A stretch of DNA of 64,000 nt from a virus (lineage: Duplodnaviria; Caudoviricetes), in IMG/VR virus record IMGVR_UViG_2884622180_000001, positions 3,013 through 67,012 of that record. One strand, written 5' to 3'. Both the position numbers and the translations under genes were made by a program. Positions within the stretch are counted from its first letter, which is position 1, and each line of letters opens with the position of its first letter. The notes under the pieces were generated by a model that was not told the DNA's origin, did no database searches, and saw nothing but the letters and a program-made list of their open reading frames with translations. Positions 59,257 to 64,000 of this stretch are shown here, piece after piece.

Positions 59257-62200
59257 TTATGCTCCGTTCCATGAGGCGTCGAAGTCGTGGACCACATCGA
59301 CGAGGGCCTGCGCCATCTGCTCTTTGAGATTTTGAATCCGGGGATGGCTGCCGTCCTCGCTTTCGAGCAGTTCGACGGTCTCGATGCTCAGAAGATTAGT
59401 GATGTTTACGATAACCTGTTTGGGCGCGGCCGAAGATAACTTGCCCGTGCCGGAGTAGTTGCCCCCGGCGCCTCCGTCGTCGGCCCCGAGACCCGTTACC
59501 GAAATACCGGGGGCGTTCCACGGAGTCTCGTCCACGCTCATCGGCTCGTTGGAATACATGTAGGCCGGAATACCCGCCCGCTTGAAGATGTTCTCGGCGA
59601 TCTCGCCGCTCTGGTACGTGTCGCGCATGGCCCCGAGCACCGTGACCAGCTTGTCGTGTACGATGCGGAAGTTCTTCAGATGCTCTTTCTTCTGCTCCTC
59701 GGTGGCATTCTTAGGCAGGGGCGCCTGCTCCCAGAGGCCGCGCTTGTCGTTGAAGCGGAAGCCGCGGTCGATCATCTCGGAAAAAGCGAAGCCCGTGGCC
59801 GCGATACCGGACTGGGCATTTACCTGACTCTCCATCAGGTACCGGTATTCGCGGGCCGCGACGAGCGCCTCGGGGATCAGCTTCTCATTGATGCGGTTCT
59901 GGTACTCCCATGTCTGCGTGGCTTCCAGATCGGTGATATCCTTCAGTCCGCGCCGAAACGTCCGTGCCGTGTCGCTGTAATGGCTGTAGAGCGTCCGGTC
60001 CACCTTCGAGAAGTCGTAGCCGAGGACCGTGGGGATGGCGTCGATATAAGCCTGAATCTCGGTCTGCGTGGTCAGCTTGCCCAGCTCGGCATAGACGCTC
60101 TTGATGCGCTTGGCCCCGTCTTTGTCCGCTTGGGCGATGATGGCCCGCGTCAGGTCGTCCCGGTAAGCGTCCCCGAACGTATAGGCCGGCAGCGTGTAGG
60201 TGTAACCCCCGTATGTGCTGCCGCCCGAAGGCAGGTGGTTAAAAAGGGCCCGGAACCAGTTGCCCGTCCATGCCCCGATCTTGAGGCCCGTGGTCTCCTG
60301 CAGGCTCTTGCCTGCGGTAAGGTCGTCCACGGCGCCCTTGGCGCTCACGGCCGCCGAGTAGGTCTTGCGCAGCGAATCGTAGAGGGCGTCCACCGAGGGG
60401 TAGTTGTACTTGCGCTCTTCCTGCAGCTCTGCGAAAGCCGCCTCCGTAGCCTCCTTGACCTGCCACGCCTTGTAGGCCACCCAACCCAGCGCTCCGACCA
60501 GCACACCCACGGCGCCCGCCGCAGCGACGGCTCCCGAACCCAGTGCGCCGAGGGCCGCGCCTGCCCCGACGATTCCGCGCCCCGTAGCCACCTGCGAGGC
60601 GAAGATTCCCGAAGCGGTGCGGCGCAGGCCCAATCCCGTGAGCGAGCGCTGTACCCCGGCGCCTGCGAGGGCCGAGGTCAGGGCCCCGCGGCCTCCCGAG
60701 ACGCCCGCCTGGCGCAACGCACCGACCAGATTGCGCTTGTCGGCGAAGGTCATGCGTCCCAGTCGTCCGCTCCCGCCCAGTCCTGTGAGTGACGAGAGGA
60801 GCTCCACACCCGTTGCGGCGGCTTTCTGCTTGCCCAGCAGCCCGAAGGCCACGGCGAGGTTCGTGACGGCGCCAGCGAGTCTGAAAAGGCGCGTGGCGGC
60901 GAAACCCGTAAAGAGCACCGGCTCTATCCAGCGGTAGTTGTTTCCCACCCACGCCGCGATCTTCCCGAAGAGCGCGAACAGGTCAAGCAGCGCCGAGGAG
61001 ATCGAGGCGAGACCCTTGGCGAACCGCTCCGTATCGATCGAGGCCGTGAGCTTGCGCAGCGTACGCCGGATCTTCGGCTCCATGATCTCGTAGCCGCGCA
61101 TGAACATCTCCGAGAAGGTAGAGGTAAACTGGTACCACAGGCCCTTCGTCGTCTCCTGCTTGACCTTGGCCAGCTGCGCCGAGATGCCCTGCGAGGTACG
61201 GTTGTGGGCCGTGAGTTCCCTGAGCTGTTCGTAGTTTTGCAGGAACATCATCGCCGCGTTGCCGCCGATACGGCCGAAGATCTTGTGCATATCGCCCAGC
61301 GTGGCGCCTTTCTCGTTAAGTTCCTCGAAGATGTCGGCCAGCGGACGGATCTTCTCCAGCGTCTTGCCGTAGACGTCGACCTTGTGCGTGAACTTCACGC
61401 CCAGCCGTTCGAGGATGTCGCGCGCCTCCTTGGGCTGGTAGGCAAGGCGCGTGGCCATGGCACGCAGCGACGTGCCGGCCATCGTGCCCTTGACGCCCAT
61501 ATTGCCCAGCATGCCGACGGCCGCCGAGGATTCCGTGAAGTCGATGCCCGCCATCCGCAGGTAGCCCGCAGCCATCTTGAACGCCTCGGCCGTCTCGATG
61601 ACATTGACGTTCGAGCGCGAGATCGTCGAGGAGATGATATCGGCGACGACCGGCATACTCTTCGAGTCGATGTCGTAGCCGGCCATGATGTTCGTCACCA
61701 GATCCGCAACCTGATCCAACGCATTGTCGCCGATAAGCGCGAGGTTCGTGATAGGCCGTATCGAGGAGTTGATCTGCTCGATGCCCTGCCCGGCCATGGC
61801 GAGGTACTTCACGGCGCCGCCCACCTCTACGGCCGTGAACTTCGTCTCGATACCCACCTGACGGACACCCCGGGCCATGGCTGCGAAGCGCTTCTCGAAA
61901 GTCGAAAGCTCGCCGTCGGCCACGCGCAGGATACTGCGTGCCGACTCCATCGTGTTGGCGTACTCCACGGCTTCGACGAGCTGCGAGCGCATCGTATCGT
62001 AGAGCATATAGCCGTTGAGCATATAAGCGAAAGGCAACGCTCCGCGCAACGACGGCGGACGCGAATATTGCAGGCGGTTGATCGCGGCACGCTGGCGGCT
62101 GTTCTGTGCGGTGCGATAGAGCGCGTCGGTGCGCATGACCCCACGCACGGCATCGACGTTGCGCTGCCGCAGGGCCTTGGCGGCGGCTTTCTCGGCCCTC

Positions 62201-62949
62201 TCCTGCTCGGTGCGGAGCCTTTTTGCGGCAGCCGCGGCCTCTTTCTCCGCAGGCGGAGTCACGGCGCTCTTCGGCAGTATGGCAACGAGCCGCTGCTGCA
62301 CATGCGGCGGAAGCACGAAGGCCGTCCGTGCCGGCTGCGGCGTGCGCCCTTTGGGCGGAACCCTCAGCGGCATGGTCGCCCCAGCGGCCGTGCGGACCTG
62401 TCCCAAGAGGGAGAGGATCTCCTCCAGACGCGCTTTCGCGGCATCGGTCTTGATGGTGAGCTCACGCTCCCGTGTCAGGCGCGTGAGCGAAGCGTTGATC
62501 TTGCCCAGCGAGCGCGTGAGGCTCGTCTGCGTCGTACCTGTCGTCTTCGTAAGACTGCGGAAGATGCCCTCCGACTGTTCGATGATCTGCTTGGCGTTCC
62601 GCTTCACCGTACGGCTGTCGAACGCCTTGCCGGGGTTTACGACGAGATGAATGCCTTTGGCCTTGGCCTCGATCGTCTCCAGCGCCGTGAGGATGCGTCC
62701 GAGCTTCCCCTCGCCGCTTTTCGTATCGATGTTGAACTTGACCTCGTAGCGGCGCCCTTTGCCCGAGGCATCGGCCTTGAACTTGCTGTCGAGGAGCCGC
62801 AGGGCATCCTTGACGTTCCCTACGGCTCCCGAGAGGTCCTTGAACTTCGAGAGGGACTCCACGGCCCGCGTGAAGTTATTCAGGTTCTGCGTGGCGACAG
62901 TGGACTCTACCTCGATGTTGTATTTGACGTTATAGGTCTGGTCGGACAT
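59257..62949 (-). CDS. Tail tape measure protein (TP901-type core)
   Basis: 1230 aa helical; KFTAVEVGGAVKYLAMAG, LGNMGVKGTMAGTSLRA. Confidence 0.9.
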   Translation of the reverse strand: MSDQTYNVKYNIEVESTVATQNLNNFTRAVESLSKFKDLSGAVGNVKDALRLLDSKFKADASGKGRRYEVKFNIDTKSGEGKLGRILTALETIEAKAKGIHLVVNPGKAFDSRTVKRNAKQIIEQSEGIFRSLTKTTGTTQTSLTRSLGKINASLTRLTRERELTIKTDAAKARLEEILSLLGQVRTAAGATMPLRVPPKGRTPQPARTAFVLPPHVQQRLVAILPKSAVTPPAEKEAAAAAKRLRTEQERAEKAAAKALRQRNVDAVRGVMRTDALYRTAQNSRQRAAINRLQYSRPPSLRGALPFAYMLNGYMLYDTMRSQLVEAVEYANTMESARSILRVADGELSTFEKRFAAMARGVRQVGIETKFTAVEVGGAVKYLAMAGQGIEQINSSIRPITNLALIGDNALDQVADLVTNIMAGYDIDSKSMPVVADIISSTISRSNVNVIETAEAFKMAAGYLRMAGIDFTESSAAVGMLGNMGVKGTMAGTSLRAMATRLAYQPKEARDILERLGVKFTHKVDVYGKTLEKIRPLADIFEELNEKGATLGDMHKIFGRIGGNAAMMFLQNYEQLRELTAHNRTSQGISAQLAKVKQETTKGLWYQFTSTFSEMFMRGYEIMEPKIRRTLRKLTASIDTERFAKGLASISSALLDLFALFGKIAAWVGNNYRWIEPVLFTGFAATRLFRLAGAVTNLAVAFGLLGKQKAAATGVELLSSLTGLGGSGRLGRMTFADKRNLVGALRQAGVSGGRGALTSALAGAGVQRSLTGLGLRRTASGIFASQVATGRGIVGAGAALGALGSGAVAAAGAVGVLVGALGWVAYKAWQVKEATEAAFAELQEERKYNYPSVDALYDSLRKTYSAAVSAKGAVDDLTAGKSLQETTGLKIGAWTGNWFRALFNHLPSGGSTYGGYTYTLPAYTFGDAYRDDLTRAIIAQADKDGAKRIKSVYAELGKLTTQTEIQAYIDAIPTVLGYDFSKVDRTLYSHYSDTARTFRRGLKDITDLEATQTWEYQNRINEKLIPEALVAAREYRYLMESQVNAQSGIAATGFAFSEMIDRGFRFNDKRGLWEQAPLPKNATEEQKKEHLKNFRIVHDKLVTVLGAMRDTYQSGEIAENIFKRAGIPAYMYSNEPMSVDETPWNAPGISVTGLGADDGGAGGNYSGTGKLSSAAPKQVIVNITNLLSIETVELLESEDGSHPRIQNLKEQMAQALVDVVHDFDASWNGA

Positions 62950-62969
62950 GGGCGCGGTTGTGTTCTCAT

Positions 62970-62978
62970 AAGAATAGG
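62970..62978 (-). promoter_or_regulatory. Candidate phage promoter motif CCTATTCTT
   Basis: About 21 nt upstream of the tape measure start, just after a terminator. Confidence 0.5.
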
Positions 62979-63017
62979 GCCGCGCGGGACGGAGTGATTA
63001 CGTCGCCGTAAAAGACG

Positions 63018-63046
63018 AAAAAGCCTGCACCCGAGAGGGTGCAGGC
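63018..63046 (-). terminator. Intrinsic terminator
   Basis: GCCTGCACC/GGTGCAGGC stem followed by TTTTT on the minus strand. Confidence 0.7.
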
Positions 63047-63057
63047 GCATCTGCAAG

Positions 63058-63264
63058 TCAAGCTTTCGTGGGAGTGAAAAAGGCCCGCGCGGAGTTGTGG
63101 ACCATAAACTGTTCGTGCAGCCAGAGAGCCTCTTCGGAGAGCTGCGCGAACTCCTCGTCCGTGATCCTTTCGAGGTCTACGCCGGGGAAGTAGTGGCGGA
63201 TATACAAAAGCCGCTGACGGATCCGCTGTCCGTCTTTCACTACCGCCCCGTCGATCAGTTTACC
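63058..63264 (-). CDS. Tail assembly chaperone extension (T-like frame, reached by probable -1 frameshift)
   Basis: -1 frame open across the TAC stop; LLYIRHYFPGVDL...ALWL; directly upstream of the tape measure. Confidence 0.55.
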   Translation of the reverse strand, partial: GKLIDGAVVKDGQRIRQRLLYIRHYFPGVDLERITDEEFAQLSEEALWLHEQFMVHNSARAFFTPTKA

Positions 63265-63608
63265 AGCGTCGTCTGGCGGGTCTGGATGATCTCCGCGAGC
63301 TGGCCCATCAACCCGAAGAGGAACAGCGAGTCGTTGTCCACCAGATCGCGGTCGCCCTCCAGAAAACAGTCCTTGGCAAGCGTCCGCATGGCCGTCACCT
63401 CGTCCTTTTTGGAGGCGGCCATGAACTTCGAGAACTGTGGGAACGTAGGCTCGGCCATATAGGCCACGTAGATCTCCTTCTCGCCGCAATCCGTATCCCC
63501 GAAGACCACCATCGGGTAGACCTTACGGAGTTTCTTCTCGGCTTTGAGCGCCGCAGCCCGTTCGCGGATCTCGGACTCCTGTTTGAGTGTCAGATTTCTT
63601 TCTTCCAT
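63255..63608 (-). CDS. Tail assembly chaperone (G-like)
   Basis: 117 aa; PTFPQFSKFM...KDCFLEGD; lambda G/GT-like position. Confidence 0.65.
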   Translation of the reverse strand: MEERNLTLKQESEIRERAAALKAEKKLRKVYPMVVFGDTDCGEKEIYVAYMAEPTFPQFSKFMAASKKDEVTAMRTLAKDCFLEGDRDLVDNDSLFLFGLMGQLAEIIQTRQTTLVN

Positions 63609-63715
63609 GATACTATGAGTTTTGTACATGGAAGGATAGAGACAACGGCGGGGAATGTTTACATGCGGCGACAAAAATGTCGCTTTTTACAGGGTGGGGT
63701 AAACATTTTGCGATT

Positions 63716-64000
63716 CTACTTGTAACGCATATCGATTCGCTCCTGCAAGGCAGGAGAAGTCTTAAAACGTACCGACTTGCCAGCCGGAATGAGAATATGC
63801 TCACGTCGATACGGATCGTAAGCCATCCGTTCGCAATGGTCGCGCAAACAGAACGAGCCTAATGAGGATATGGTGACTTTCTGACCATCGAGAATCGAGG
63901 CTGTTATACAATCAAACAGAGCATTGACGATCGGAGCTACTTCACGCATCGGTCGTTCTAACATTTTGGAAACTTGGCGGGTCAGCACATATTTATTCAT
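63716..64000 (-). CDS. HU/IHF-family DNA-binding protein
   Basis: MNKYVL...GQKVTISSLGSF...AYDP..RE.I.IPA.KSVRFKTSPAL; start codon lies at the window edge. Confidence 0.85.
   Translation of the reverse strand: MNKYVLTRQVSKMLERPMREVAPIVNALFDCITASILDGQKVTISSLGSFCLRDHCERMAYDPYRREHILIPAGKSVRFKTSPALQERIDMRYK

Overview
About 60 kb of a large contractile-tailed (myovirus-type) Bacteroidales phage or prophage. The host is inferred from TAnnTTTG promoters, lipoprotein cargo and Bacteroidetes-type HU/Hc1 genes; the GC-rich core suggests an Alistipes-like lineage. The GC-rich core runs almost entirely on the minus strand. From right to left: HU, tail assembly chaperone with a probable -1 frameshift, tape measure, baseplate hub and spike, a 2056-aa modular tail fibre, baseplate genes and a second fibre. 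Then come an SSB-like gene, SbcD/SbcC, RuvC, an ECF sigma, a DnaB-like helicase, primase, a two-piece DnaE, guanylate kinase, a DEDDh exonuclease, TerS, lysis genes, TerL, a neck protein and a second HU. AT-rich cargo sits between operons. It comprises a RIT (three tyrosine recombinase) element inserted in an Hc1 gene, an HExxH lipoprotein peptidase followed by five paralogous lipoproteins, two RelE/ParE-type TA pairs, two Fic genes, an HNH-AP2 homing endonuclease, and a DUF4062-APAZ + short Argonaute operon. Main finds: (1) a short pAgo system with a DUF4062 effector; (2) an ORF-less group I intron in the TerL Walker A codons; (3) DnaE split just before its catalytic motif with degenerate Hint-like ends; (4) a peptidase/lipoprotein cassette array; (5) a candidate phage promoter motif CTATYCTT. 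All family calls come from motif recognition by eye; no database searches were run.
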